A stretch of 31,462 nucleotides of DNA from a virus (taxonomy: Duplodnaviria > Caudoviricetes), in IMG/VR virus record IMGVR_UViG_3300025635_000107, positions 1 to 31,462 of that record. One strand, given 5' to 3'. Below are positions 6,948-17,013 of the stretch, piece after piece. Made by a program: the position numbers and the translations under genes. How positions within the stretch are numbered: position 1 is the stretch's first letter; each line of letters opens with the position of its first letter. Below the pieces are notes generated by a model. The model saw nothing but the letters and a program-made list of their open reading frames with translations, ran no database searches and was not told the DNA's origin.

Positions 6948-8873
6948 TTATTTCCTCAATTTGTTTCGGTTTTCTGGCGCCAAGGCGTTACTTACTTGCA
7001 CGCCACCTAACGTCAGCGGCGAACGTAAACCAAGCCCCGTTTCACCACGCATCATACGCGACGCGCCACGTCCAGCCCGCTGAAACGGGTCAGCCAAACG
7101 CTCACCTTTGGCTTGCCGCGCCATTGCTTTTTCCAGCACATCAGCTGCCAGTTTAGGATCTAACATTTCAGCCGCCAACTCTAGCGCGACTTTTTCGTTA
7201 ATCTTACCCTGTAAACGATCAATAATTGTGTTGGCAAGCGTAGCTAAACGACTAAAAAACGCCGGAGATTTAGACAATTCAGCAGCAGGCACGGCTTTGC
7301 CGCTTTTTGATCCTGCAGCAGCTTGCGCCTTAAATTCAGCTTCGCGAGCCAAATCTTTACGAATGCCTTCGACGACCTTAACTTGATCGGGCGACAGAAT
7401 TTGTGACAGCTCTTGAAACCGGCTGTCACCTGTTGACCGCTTTATTGTAGTAGGCGCATTCTTCAACGCTTCAGAAAATCTGCCCGCGCTTTCTGCCACT
7501 GGCGTTTCAATTGCCGGTTTAAGTTTGCCTTCAAGATATTGGCCAACCTGCATAATGTTGATTGGCTTACTCATTTCAGCAAACTTTTCTTGGGCTGCAC
7601 GATAGCCTGGCACTGCATCAGTTAGCAGTTCTCGGACGTCGCGTAATTTGCCTTTGATAAATTTAGTATCTTCTTTAGCCAATCGACTCTTAATGTCGTC
7701 AATGACTGACATTATTTCTTTTGCATCAGTACGCAAAGCACCTGTCTTTTTGTCCGCGACTAAACCTTTGCGAATTTCCCGCATCTCGCGCACCAACACA
7801 GTATTGCCAGGGTTTTTAGCAATTAAATCGTCAATTGTTGAAACTACACCGCTAACGTCTGCCACGCCTTGTTCAGCCGCTGTATAGAGAGGGCCAGATT
7901 TAGCAGTTCTAGCATTTTCAGCTGCAGTCATCGCGGCTTTATCTTGCGCGATAGGACCTAATGCTTGCTCACGGGCGGCTTTATTAGCAATATCACGCTC
8001 GTAATATTCAGTCGGCATACGCTTTGCAACTTCCGATTGCAACGCGGCGTATTTAGTGGCGCCTGCTGGCGTTGCAGCCACGCCCGCCGTAGGCATACCG
8101 CCCGCTACGTATTCGTCGTAGTTACGCAGCGCGTTAATAATCGCTTGCCCACGACCTTCAGTAGCATCTACCAAAGCAGCAAATTTAGGGTTGGCAACCC
8201 GGTTTAAATAGTTAACGCCCGCACCCACCATTTTGCCGCCCGTCTCTACTACCGGTGCAATAGCGGAAAATGGATCGGTACGCCGTGCGCCGGTTTGAAG
8301 CATAGACGCGGTGCTTGCTAGCGGTGCGGATACGGAAGGCGCGACCGTTGCAGTTGCTTTGGAGCCTAGTTTGGTAAGCCCCGCCCCGCCGCTAAGCAGC
8401 AAAGATAAATCAGAAATTGTGGATATTGGTCGTTCGGCGATACTGCGCTTAATAGCTTCCCAGCTGCCGTAGTTTTCAGCGTATTCACCGCCTAAAGCTT
8501 TTGCGGCTTCAGTAGCACGTTTAGCCGCTTCTGGGTTAGCGTCAAAAGAATCGACAAAAGCCCGCACAGGCGCCGGCACCGCTACGCGCAATGTGCCTGC
8601 AGCTAGGTCAAACAAACCACCTAATGTTCGGGCGGGGTCTTCAACCGCCTCTTTAAGTCCCGTAAGCTGTTTAGCCGCGTCGCCTGACGCACTAAATGGC
8701 GCTTCTATTAGCGCTTCACCAAAAGAATAGGTACGACGCGGAGCCGGTATGCGCTCTTCGCTTACGTCTTGAGCGCCAAATTTTTGCAACAACGTCTCAT
8801 TAGCCGACGCGTTTTCAGACGACGGGACGTCTACGGCACCAAAGCGCTTTAGCAATTCGTCATTGGCGCCCAT
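6948..8873 (-). CDS. DNA ejection/transfer protein (third internal virion protein)
   Basis: 641 aa, Ala-rich and helical; occupies the position of P22 gp16. Assignment is by gene order and composition. Confidence 0.6.
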   Translation of the reverse strand: MGANDELLKRFGAVDVPSSENASANETLLQKFGAQDVSEERIPAPRRTYSFGEALIEAPFSASGDAAKQLTGLKEAVEDPARTLGGLFDLAAGTLRVAVPAPVRAFVDSFDANPEAAKRATEAAKALGGEYAENYGSWEAIKRSIAERPISTISDLSLLLSGGAGLTKLGSKATATVAPSVSAPLASTASMLQTGARRTDPFSAIAPVVETGGKMVGAGVNYLNRVANPKFAALVDATEGRGQAIINALRNYDEYVAGGMPTAGVAATPAGATKYAALQSEVAKRMPTEYYERDIANKAAREQALGPIAQDKAAMTAAENARTAKSGPLYTAAEQGVADVSGVVSTIDDLIAKNPGNTVLVREMREIRKGLVADKKTGALRTDAKEIMSVIDDIKSRLAKEDTKFIKGKLRDVRELLTDAVPGYRAAQEKFAEMSKPINIMQVGQYLEGKLKPAIETPVAESAGRFSEALKNAPTTIKRSTGDSRFQELSQILSPDQVKVVEGIRKDLAREAEFKAQAAAGSKSGKAVPAAELSKSPAFFSRLATLANTIIDRLQGKINEKVALELAAEMLDPKLAADVLEKAMARQAKGERLADPFQRAGRGASRMMRGETGLGLRSPLTLGGVQVSNALAPENRNKLRK

Positions 8874-8875
8874 TA

Positions 8876-10729
8876 TTAGTCTACCTTCCCGCCTGCGGCT
8901 TTGTAAGCATCTAAAGTTTGTTTGTTTTTAAACCGTTTTAATTTGCCGTCAATCATAACGTCAACTGCGCCTTGCGCGCCGCTATTCGCCCTGTATACTG
9001 GGGCGACTTCTACAGGCGCGGTGCTAATACCTGTACCTTCAATTGCCGATTTAGGTATTTCTTTTACGCGCTTATTCCATTTAGCTGCAGTAGCGGTTGA
9101 AGCTTTATGTGCAAGTTCGGCCAAATGTCTTAGTGAGCTTGCTTCATAAGTAATCTGACCAGACTTAGCCCGCTCCAAAAATTCGCGGTCTTTATCTGTA
9201 AATCCTTGCCCAGAACCTAACCCAGACGATTTAATTGCGCCCAAGGTACTTTCGGCAAGCGAAGACATAAGAACTTCGGTGTTGGTAATTGCTTCGCTAT
9301 CGCTGCCGCCACCTAAATTAAGAAGTTTAGCAAGTTGCAGTTTAATGTTTGCTGCTGAACCAGTAATAACCTGACCACTTTGCAACAGGCTTAACACGCG
9401 GTTTGCAGTATTTGCAGTATCAGGCGCGCGTTCTGCAGCATCTCGCAAAGCAACATCAGAATCGGCGATATTGCCAGCAAATTTCTCACCGTATTTTTTC
9501 TCGGTAGATACGGATACGGGAACATTAACGTGAACTTTAGGTGCTTTTCCTTCTTTAGCCGTTTTAATCAAATCTAAAAGATCGTTTATGACTTCTAAAT
9601 TGTCTTTAGTTGGCGGCAATTTTCTAAGCTCTTGCACTTTTTGTCGTGCTAGAGCTACATTAAAAAATTCTCCAGTAAGCTGACCTGCTTTTCGTTTTTC
9701 TTCGACATCTTTTTCAAACGCGGTTTGAATTTTAGCGGCGGCCGATCTATAGGCTTCTGCTTCATTAGTGGTTTTAGCTGTAGCCGCTAACTGAAGTAAC
9801 CGTTGCGCCGTAGGATCAAGATAATCAAACCCACCTGTTTGACCAATTTTAGTAACTGGCGGGAATACTTTAGACCCATCTGCCGCTGTAGTAGCTACTA
9901 CTGGAGCCGTAGTATCCACTGTTGCTGGCGCTGTGACTGCGGCTGGCGCAGGGGCCGGCATTGCTGCCTGCGGCTCGCGGCGACTTCTTAGATAAGTGTC
10001 ACGGTCAACTGGCGTACGTCCAGCAAAAACTTCTGCAACTTTGTAGTTGTTGTAGTCTTCAGTTTCGCGGGCATCAGCAGCTTTTAAAATTTCCTCTGCC
10101 GACGTGCCAGCTAAGCGCGCAACGTAATTACGTGGGTCGCGCCTAAATTCAGCTTTATTGCGCTCAAGCGTGTCACCAAGCGACCCAAAACGGGTTGCTA
10201 GCGGGCCAAGCGTTTCATCGTTAGCCATCGCCAAAATGCGGGCTTCAACATCCTGTTCAGACTTAATGTTGTATGCAGGAAACGTCTCGTTAAATTGTTT
10301 TAGTCGAAGATCTAAAGCGTCTCTTTCTTCTTTTCTTTTTGCTAGATCTAAATCAAATTTGCTTTTTTGGGCAGCAGCTTCGCGCGTTTCTATTTGCGAC
10401 AACACACTTTCTCGGTTCGCAATTTTAGTCGCTATGTCGTTATACAAATCCGGCACTTCTGTATATACGCGCTCCAAATATTCTGGTGAACCAATTTTTA
10501 CTTTAGGGTCTGCATGTATACGGGCAAGTTTATTTCGGTTTTCTACCCCGCGCTGATACTCTTGCGTTTTCAGCGCATTCATTTGCGAAGCTTCCCGCGC
10601 TCTGAGCGCATTGATCTCAGATGTCTCTTGCAAGTTGCGCAGTTGCATGGCTTGCGCCATAGCGTTCATAGGCGATTCAAGCTGAATGCCTTTAAATTGC
10701 CCTGGGATAGTGTAATCAATACCAGCCAT
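8876..10729 (-). CDS. DNA ejection/transfer protein (second internal virion protein)
   Basis: 617 aa, helical, Pro/Ala linker; occupies the position of P22 gp20. Confidence 0.6.
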   Translation of the reverse strand: MAGIDYTIPGQFKGIQLESPMNAMAQAMQLRNLQETSEINALRAREASQMNALKTQEYQRGVENRNKLARIHADPKVKIGSPEYLERVYTEVPDLYNDIATKIANRESVLSQIETREAAAQKSKFDLDLAKRKEERDALDLRLKQFNETFPAYNIKSEQDVEARILAMANDETLGPLATRFGSLGDTLERNKAEFRRDPRNYVARLAGTSAEEILKAADARETEDYNNYKVAEVFAGRTPVDRDTYLRSRREPQAAMPAPAPAAVTAPATVDTTAPVVATTAADGSKVFPPVTKIGQTGGFDYLDPTAQRLLQLAATAKTTNEAEAYRSAAAKIQTAFEKDVEEKRKAGQLTGEFFNVALARQKVQELRKLPPTKDNLEVINDLLDLIKTAKEGKAPKVHVNVPVSVSTEKKYGEKFAGNIADSDVALRDAAERAPDTANTANRVLSLLQSGQVITGSAANIKLQLAKLLNLGGGSDSEAITNTEVLMSSLAESTLGAIKSSGLGSGQGFTDKDREFLERAKSGQITYEASSLRHLAELAHKASTATAAKWNKRVKEIPKSAIEGTGISTAPVEVAPVYRANSGAQGAVDVMIDGKLKRFKNKQTLDAYKAAGGKVD

Positions 10730-10732
10730 GAT

Positions 10733-11446
10733 TTACCTCTCAGAAGTAACGTCATAAGGGAACGGATTGCCCGGCATACCTAGCGGCGCTGTTCCACCAG
10801 TATTTGGTCGCGGAAAATACCGATCCATCATTTGCTGATTTTGATAGTAGTTTAGCCCAGTGCCAAGTCCCCCCGCCAATGCATTAGCAGTGTTCATGTA
10901 GCTTGACGCACGAATGTTGCCCACATTTGCGGCATTTTGCGCCATATTTTGGCCGTATGTACCTGCAAGGCCCGTCAATGTATTGGCAGTCGTTTGCCCC
11001 ATGCCAGTCAGACTTTGCAATGGCCCAAGCCGCGCTTGGCGCTCTAGTTGGTAGCGGTTAAACGCATTGCCAAATTCTTGCGACCCTAAATTTTGGCCAA
11101 ATTCAGTAACGCCACGCAGTTGATTACCAGACAACAAACCACCTCTTGCGGCAGCTGAACGATCTAAAGCTTTTAGCCCTTCTCTAAGCCGAAAACCATA
11201 GCCGGGATCAGCTTGGAATTGTTCCATGCCAAATGGCGTATAGCGAGACGCAGCCACCAGTTCGGGCAGCGCGTTGACGCCTGCTTGCCGGAAAGGTTCT
11301 TGCAGTTCAACACTTTTGTTGTACATGCGCTCTTGCGCAGCATTCGCTTCTTGCTGTCCTTGCAGTTGTTTTTTAGCTGCTTGATTAGAAGCGTAGCCGC
11401 CTATTAACGCGGCGCCCCCGATTGCGGCTGCTGTCCATCCGGCCAT
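10733..11446 (-). CDS. DNA transfer/pilot protein (P22 gp7-like)
   Basis: Hydrophobic Gly/Ala N-terminus; DPGYGFRL...AAARGGLLSG motif; Gln/Gly-rich. Confidence 0.75.
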   Translation of the reverse strand: MAGWTAAAIGGAALIGGYASNQAAKKQLQGQQEANAAQERMYNKSVELQEPFRQAGVNALPELVAASRYTPFGMEQFQADPGYGFRLREGLKALDRSAAARGGLLSGNQLRGVTEFGQNLGSQEFGNAFNRYQLERQARLGPLQSLTGMGQTTANTLTGLAGTYGQNMAQNAANVGNIRASSYMNTANALAGGLGTGLNYYQNQQMMDRYFPRPNTGGTAPLGMPGNPFPYDVTSER

Positions 11447-11937
11447 GATAGTTCCTTTACAATCTCAATTTCATTTTCAAGCGCCAATCGTTTACGAGCA
11501 TCACCTAATCCGCACTCTGGCACTACATACAAGCGATCTTCCAGCACATTTAGGTCTTGGCAATCGTCAGGGTTGTCATACACATCTACCCAGACAACTT
11601 CATCTTCAAACACTTGTCCAGCTCGTTGCTCACCTGCTTTAGCATCAAACTCACAAGGCGCTGTTAACACAACCACTTCAGTTTCACGGTTTACCGCAAT
11701 CGTGCCTTTTTCCAACCGCACGCGGTAACCTGTTTTGTGTGCGGCCCCGGTCAACACTGTCCAAGGCGGTATCGTAATTTTTCGCTCATACACACCCGGC
11801 AAAAACGTGTGTGTTGTTTCAATATCAGCCTGCGGCATTTCTAGCAATGCATTTTGCAATGCTACGACTTTTTGCCGCATTAACTCTGGCGTAACAACCG
11901 CCGTACTGTCAGAATTAAATATCTCAACCGCGTTCAC
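11404..11937 (-). CDS. hypothetical cupin-like protein
   Basis: HTFLPGVYERKITIP...GAAHKT beta-barrel-type pattern; GTG at 11937 overlaps the upstream TGA (GTGA). Confidence 0.65.
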   Translation of the reverse strand: MNAVEIFNSDSTAVVTPELMRQKVVALQNALLEMPQADIETTHTFLPGVYERKITIPPWTVLTGAAHKTGYRVRLEKGTIAVNRETEVVVLTAPCEFDAKAGEQRAGQVFEDEVVWVDVYDNPDDCQDLNVLEDRLYVVPECGLGDARKRLALENEIEIVKELSWPDGQQPQSGAPR

Positions 11938-13730
11938 ACTACCACCCATCGTGAGCCTGAAGATACCGTTACCGTCACGCCGCTAGAAATAGTCACCGTA
12001 CCAGCAGACATGCCGGAATACCCAGAAGCAATCGTGTAACTGGTGCCGATAGTTAAACTATTGACAAATATGCCATTTGATGCCGCTACTGCCGTGGATG
12101 TTAATTCACCGGTACTGGGTTTGTACAGCAGTTTTGCATTGCTGGTATAGATGGTCGACAGCGCGCCGGACGTAGCAGCTGCGAACGTCGGGTAGACGTT
12201 CGTTGACGTACTGGTGTCGTTCGTAATCGTTGCGCCCGAACCGCTGGCTACTGCCCACACAGCGGTTGTGCCGTTTGATGTCAGCACATAATTATTCGCG
12301 CCAATCGGCAGGCGGGTTGAGCTGTTGGCGCCGTTGCCAATAATCAAGTCGCCTGTACTAGTGACCGGCGACAAAGCATTAAAGGCTGCACTGGCAGTTG
12401 TCTGGCCGGTACCGCCGTTAGCGATCGCGACCGTCCCGGTCACATTACTGGCCGTACCAGTGGTATTTTGGTTCAGCGTCGGAATGTCAGCCGCAACAAT
12501 CGCACGGAAGGTCGGCACGCCGGCAGAACCGTTGGGTGCAGCCAAGAAATAGTTGGCCGTCTTACTGGCATACGGATTCTGCGTGTCGCCGTAGCCGGAC
12601 GCCAAGCTAATAGCAGGTGTTGCGCCCCCTGACGACACCACAGGCGACGTGCCGGTGACCGACGTGACAGGCGCGGTGCCGCTAGACGCAGCGGTAATTA
12701 AACCTTTGCCGTTGACCGTAATCGACGCGTTCGTAAAACTGCCCACGTTGGCGTTCACAGTTGCCAAAGTGCCGGCAGCCGTCACATTAGCCGAACCGTC
12801 AAAACTAGGGCTGGTGTAAGCCAAATCACCCGTAATAGAGATAGTCCTGCCGGTGGTCAGCGTGGCGGCAGACCCGGTCGTGTTCTGATTAAATGTGGGC
12901 CAAGTAAACGTGCCGGTACTGAAATTGCCCGACTGCGGGGTGCCGAGGATTGGCGTGGTAAAGCTTGGCGATGTAGCCAGTGCCACCACCGTTCCAGAGC
13001 CTGTAGTCGAGTACGACGTGCCCCACGCCGTGCCGGTTGAGTTCGGGATGCCCGCCCCAGGATACGTCATGGGCAGCGTGTTGGTGATCGTAAAGTTCGG
13101 GTACGTACCGGACGTGCTAATCCCTGTGCCGCCGGTCAAGGACACCGTCTGGTCTGGCGCGGAATTGTTGATCGTAACCGCTACCGAGCCGTTGTAAGTC
13201 GTACCAACGCTGTACGAGATGCCGGTGCCGGCAGTCAGGGCGTTGGCTACGCTGCCTGCTTGGCCACTAATGTTGCCGGTAACTTTACTGCCGGCAATCG
13301 ATGTAATCCATGTCGGATCGGCATACGAGCCGGTCGTATAAACGCCGTTGGTGACTGTTGCAGCGTTGCCCGTGATGTCAATAGCCCACGTACCAGACGC
13401 GCCTGATCCCGTAGTGCTAGGTACGCCCAAGTTAGTGCGGGCATTCGCCGCGGTAGTAGCGCCTGTGCCGCCGTTGGCGACGTTTAACGTGCCGGCCATT
13501 GTAATCGTGCCAGACGTTGTGACAGGGCCACCAGAGGTCGTTAAACCCGTCGTGCCGCCCGATACGTTGACCGATGTGACCGTGCCTGTACCGCCCCCGC
13601 CGCCACTATTGGCTTTATTAAGCAGGTTTAGGAAAAACCGGTACCAATCACGCGAGACAAGCCCTGTCCGATCGTCGGTAATCGGCGATTGGTTCTTGGG
13701 TAGTTGTGGCTCGTTATCGGGATTAGGCAT
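11934..13730 (-). CDS. long tail needle/fibre protein
   Basis: ATG at 13730 (MPNPDNEP) overlaps the end of the gp10-like gene; G/T/S-rich with repeated ANGGTG and PTxNQNTTG motifs. Confidence 0.8.
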   Translation of the reverse strand: MPNPDNEPQLPKNQSPITDDRTGLVSRDWYRFFLNLLNKANSGGGGGTGTVTSVNVSGGTTGLTTSGGPVTTSGTITMAGTLNVANGGTGATTAANARTNLGVPSTTGSGASGTWAIDITGNAATVTNGVYTTGSYADPTWITSIAGSKVTGNISGQAGSVANALTAGTGISYSVGTTYNGSVAVTINNSAPDQTVSLTGGTGISTSGTYPNFTITNTLPMTYPGAGIPNSTGTAWGTSYSTTGSGTVVALATSPSFTTPILGTPQSGNFSTGTFTWPTFNQNTTGSAATLTTGRTISITGDLAYTSPSFDGSANVTAAGTLATVNANVGSFTNASITVNGKGLITAASSGTAPVTSVTGTSPVVSSGGATPAISLASGYGDTQNPYASKTANYFLAAPNGSAGVPTFRAIVAADIPTLNQNTTGTASNVTGTVAIANGGTGQTTASAAFNALSPVTSTGDLIIGNGANSSTRLPIGANNYVLTSNGTTAVWAVASGSGATITNDTSTSTNVYPTFAAATSGALSTIYTSNAKLLYKPSTGELTSTAVAASNGIFVNSLTIGTSYTIASGYSGMSAGTVTISSGVTVTVSSGSRWVVV

Positions 13731-15156
13731 TGGTGCCGGACAACGCGAGTTCGGCACCCAGTATGGCGATCTTGACGGGGTCGGTGCCGGACACCTCGTA
13801 CACGCGGTCACGCAGCTTGTCAGTCATGCCTAACCGACGCCAGAACGCTCTGAATCCGTAATTGCCCATCTTGCCCATGCCGGCCCACTTCTCGTTTGAC
13901 CATGTGTGGCCACCGTCGTCTGAGAAGCGCAAAATAACTTTAGGGTCGTTGCCTTGACCGGTCACGATGCCGACGCCCGTCTCGCATTCAAGCTGCAAGG
14001 CGTGCTGGGCGGTACGCTTCAAGTTGTTCTGGCCGGTGGGTAACGCCCGCCACGACCGCAGCCACTTTTGTGGCAAATTGTCGTCAGCAAACACATCCAA
14101 GTCATAAGCGTAAATCTTGCCGTTTTGGAAGTCGCCGACTACCACTTGGTTGTTGAAAAAGGTCTGACAGTTCGCCCGGTGACGGATGAACTGGCCGTTG
14201 GCAAACCCAGCGCGCTCATGCCATGCGCCCGTGGCCACATCAAACACCCAAGTTTTTTGGGCAGTTGGAAAGGTCAGCACGTAAAACGAATGGCCATCCT
14301 GCTGATAAGTAAAACCAATGGCGTCTGAGATAGTGCCGTAGCTCTGGATAGCGTACTCGACCGCATGGGTTGAAATGCGCTGGCCAGAGTAACCATTGGC
14401 ACGGAACACGATGCCTTGACCACGGGCATCAGCGCCTAGCCAAAACAGCGAGTTGTCCATCTTGGCGACCGAGAAAGTCGCCGCGCAGCCGATCTCGTTG
14501 ACCGCACCTTGGATGCGAGCCAGAGGAAACGGCGAGGTGCCTGCGTCGTACCAGACCTCAACTGATTGGGTGCCAAACAGCCAAACCTCGCGGTGGTCCA
14601 CAAACAGCGACACCAAGTTGTCCGGCATACCTTCGGCGCTGGCAAACGACAGCGGATCAATCTGGGTGCCATCAAGCAATTGAGATGTCCAGAATTTCTG
14701 CGAGTTTGGCTCTTGGAAAATAAAGTAGCCGTCCAAGTAACCGACCGTCACCGCGCCTGGAAAGTCTACGTCGGTAATTTCGGCGTACTCTTCGGTCGAC
14801 GCATCGTAGATGTAGCCATCAGGGTTGGCCGCAATGAAGAGCTGTGTGCCATTGTCGACCATCGACACGGGGCCAGTACCACTGACGTTACCTAGCGGAA
14901 TGGCTGCCCAGTTGCTGTCCACGCGGTACAGTTTGCTGCCTGAGACAGCGTACATGTAGCTGCCATACGACCACAGCCCCCGAATAGGGCCAGTGCCGAC
15001 AACGCCTAGCTTACGCAAGCCTGGCGCCCGGTTCAGGTACGCAGGCTCCATACCTTCCGGTGCCGGTGTGGCTTCAGGAAACAGGTTCACCATGCGGCTA
15101 TCGGCAGCATTGACGCTGCGAGCCACGTAGGATTGGCCAAGGATAGGCGTCTTCAC
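13723..15156 (-). CDS. packaged DNA stabilization / tail hub protein (P22 gp10-like)
   Basis: 477 aa, beta-rich; SAEGMPD, FGTQSVEVW, FSDDGGHTW, WRRLG motifs; gene order. Confidence 0.88.
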   Translation of the reverse strand: MKTPILGQSYVARSVNAADSRMVNLFPEATPAPEGMEPAYLNRAPGLRKLGVVGTGPIRGLWSYGSYMYAVSGSKLYRVDSNWAAIPLGNVSGTGPVSMVDNGTQLFIAANPDGYIYDASTEEYAEITDVDFPGAVTVGYLDGYFIFQEPNSQKFWTSQLLDGTQIDPLSFASAEGMPDNLVSLFVDHREVWLFGTQSVEVWYDAGTSPFPLARIQGAVNEIGCAATFSVAKMDNSLFWLGADARGQGIVFRANGYSGQRISTHAVEYAIQSYGTISDAIGFTYQQDGHSFYVLTFPTAQKTWVFDVATGAWHERAGFANGQFIRHRANCQTFFNNQVVVGDFQNGKIYAYDLDVFADDNLPQKWLRSWRALPTGQNNLKRTAQHALQLECETGVGIVTGQGNDPKVILRFSDDGGHTWSNEKWAGMGKMGNYGFRAFWRRLGMTDKLRDRVYEVSGTDPVKIAILGAELALSGTNA

Positions 15157-15159
15157 GGC

Positions 15160-15882
15160 TTAGTAATTACCGGCGTAGATGTTAAACCGCTGACGAGTTG
15201 CCACCAACGAGTATGGCATGGACATCACGTCGTCAGGATTGTTGATGCGCTTCAGGTTACGTTTGGACGTCATGGCGATCCGCTGCACTTGCGGCATAGG
15301 CTCAACGCCAAACTCGTTGGCAATTTCCATTGCCAAGTTGTACTTGAACGCCCGCAGATAGCCTGGCGGGAACGTCAGGTTGGTGTTTAGCGTTGCCGGC
15401 TGATCCAACTCCTGCACGCTGATGAAGTGCCACTCCAACTCCCGCGTGGGTTTGGGGTAGATCGTCATCTGAATATTGGGGTACTCCATGTTGATCCACA
15501 TGACTTGTGGATACGTGGAGGTCACGGTTTTGACCGCAATGCCGTCGTATTGCTGCTGATTGATGAACTTAATGCCAAACGACACGTTGGTCTGCGGGTC
15601 GCGGAAGTAAGTCGAATCATCGAGCAAAACCGGACGAAGACCGTCAAACCCACCTATGCTTGCGCCGGACGGGCCAAGATGGCGCTGGATTTCTCCTGCA
15701 GGCCAAAGAAAGGTCTGATCGATCGTATTGAATACCGACAGGCGCTCTGTGTTCCACGAATCAATCATCTGATTCATGGCGTTTAGCGAGTCTTGAGCGG
15801 CCTGCGGAGATGGCTCTTCACCTTCAGCCAGCTGGCCTATGAGCCGAAGTGCCGCTTTGATCTGGTCGAAGGCGGTTGCCAT
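15160..15882 (-). CDS. head-to-tail adaptor (P22 gp4-like)
   Basis: IKAALRLIG...LNAMNQMIDSW N-terminus and YNLAMEIANEFG C-terminus; lies directly upstream of the gp10-like gene. Confidence 0.75.
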   Translation of the reverse strand: MATAFDQIKAALRLIGQLAEGEEPSPQAAQDSLNAMNQMIDSWNTERLSVFNTIDQTFLWPAGEIQRHLGPSGASIGGFDGLRPVLLDDSTYFRDPQTNVSFGIKFINQQQYDGIAVKTVTSTYPQVMWINMEYPNIQMTIYPKPTRELEWHFISVQELDQPATLNTNLTFPPGYLRAFKYNLAMEIANEFGVEPMPQVQRIAMTSKRNLKRINNPDDVMSMPYSLVATRQRFNIYAGNY

Positions 15883-15892
15883 GTCTACTCCT

Positions 15893-16087
15893 TTAAGCTG
15901 CCGCCTCTACGGTAGTGCGGCTACGACGACGTTTAACTTCCAGTTCATTGGCTGGTGCCGCCGCTTCAGGAGCTGAAGGCGTGTCGGGATTATACCGAAG
16001 CCAGCCGTTTTGTTCATCAAATTCGGCTTCCATCTCCATAGTGGCGACTTTGGTGCCGTGAACTGGGTGTTGTAAATATATAGGCAT
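15893..16087 (-). CDS. hypothetical protein
   Basis: 64-aa ORF between a hairpin and the adaptor gene. Confidence 0.7.
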   Translation of the reverse strand: MPIYLQHPVHGTKVATMEMEAEFDEQNGWLRYNPDTPSAPEAAAPANELEVKRRRSRTTVEAAA

Positions 16088-16092
16088 AGGGT

Positions 16093-16112
16093 AGAACGGG
16101 GCCGAAGCCCCG
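16093..16112 (-). terminator. GC hairpin with UUCG loop; weak terminator or mRNA stabiliser
   Basis: Minus strand CGGGGC-TTCG-GCCCCG-TTCT. Confidence 0.6.
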
Positions 16113-16118
16113 CCTTAA

Positions 16119-16529
16119 TTACTGACAGTGAATCAAAGCAAAGTTAATCACCACTGCTTCTGACAGCGAGCCGCCAGAAATATTACGCACAGTGATAGTC
16201 GCTGAACCAGCACTTAACCCCGATACCCAGCAGTTATACGCGCCGGAGGTAGCACCGCCGGACACATTAAGGATAAGAATATCGTTGCTGCTGATAAGTG
16301 AGTTATTGAGGGTAAAAGTTACGTTGGTAACCGACGCCAAAGCGGCGTTGTTCATTGTAATTTGACCCGCCGAAGTATTCAGGGTCACAGCGGTAGATTT
16401 GCTGGTTGCCTGAGTTACTGTGCCTTGAGCTGTAGTCGTATAACCTAGTTGACCACTAGATAAAACGTAATCTGAACCGATGATGTCTTGGTCAGTATAC
16501 GCAACACCAATAGGTTTCGTATTTGACAT
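16119..16529 (-). CDS. putative capsid decoration / minor structural protein
   Basis: AAGGA RBS; beta-rich S/T/A/G composition; second gene after the coat gene. Confidence 0.6.
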   Translation of the reverse strand: MSNTKPIGVAYTDQDIIGSDYVLSSGQLGYTTTAQGTVTQATSKSTAVTLNTSAGQITMNNAALASVTNVTFTLNNSLISSNDILILNVSGGATSGAYNCWVSGLSAGSATITVRNISGGSLSEAVVINFALIHCQ

Positions 16530-16542
16530 AATTTATCCTTTG

Positions 16543-16564
16543 AAAAACAGGGGCCGAAGCCCCC
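16543..16564 (-). terminator. intrinsic terminator
   Basis: Minus strand GGGGC-TTCG-GCCCC-TGTTTTT. Confidence 0.75.
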
Positions 16565-16570
16565 GTCAAA

Positions 16571-16984
16571 TTAAGCCATACGATACAGAGTCCAAGCGCC
16601 GTCGCCGGTCTTGCGCGCGCGGAAAGCTTGAGCCGTACCAGCAGTAGCCACAACAGTTGCCAGACCAACGATAGTCCAGCCAGTGCCTGCGACCAGAGTG
16701 ATAACGCCGGAGCTAGAGCCGTCGACGTTAACCACTGAGAAGTCAAAAGACACGCCGGGCTTAGTTGCTGCAGGCAGTGCTGCTTCCAGATCCGACACGG
16801 TAGGCAGCGTGTAACTAGCTGCCGAAGTGCCTGGGCTACCGAGCAGAATGCCGTTCAGAACTTGAGCAGCAGTCAGAGTAGCGGTTGCAGTTGCGGTTGC
16901 GGGAACAGGAACCGTCTTGATAATTGCTTCGTTGATATTGCCATCACCAATTTGATAGCCACCAGCGCCATTAGGAAGTGCCAT
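16571..16984 (-). CDS. putative capsid decoration (cement) protein
   Basis: AAGGA RBS; immediately downstream of the coat gene; TLTAAQVLNG...YTLPT beta-rich sequence. Confidence 0.6.
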   Translation of the reverse strand: MALPNGAGGYQIGDGNINEAIIKTVPVPATATATATLTAAQVLNGILLGSPGTSAASYTLPTVSDLEAALPAATKPGVSFDFSVVNVDGSSSGVITLVAGTGWTIVGLATVVATAGTAQAFRARKTGDGAWTLYRMA

Positions 16985-17013
16985 GATAATTTTCCTTTAA
17001 AAGATGTTGTCAA

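Noticed and set aside
13731-13811. N-terminal extension of the fibre ORF given in the ORF track
   Set aside because: It lies inside the gp10-like gene; the ATG at 13730 is the more plausible start.
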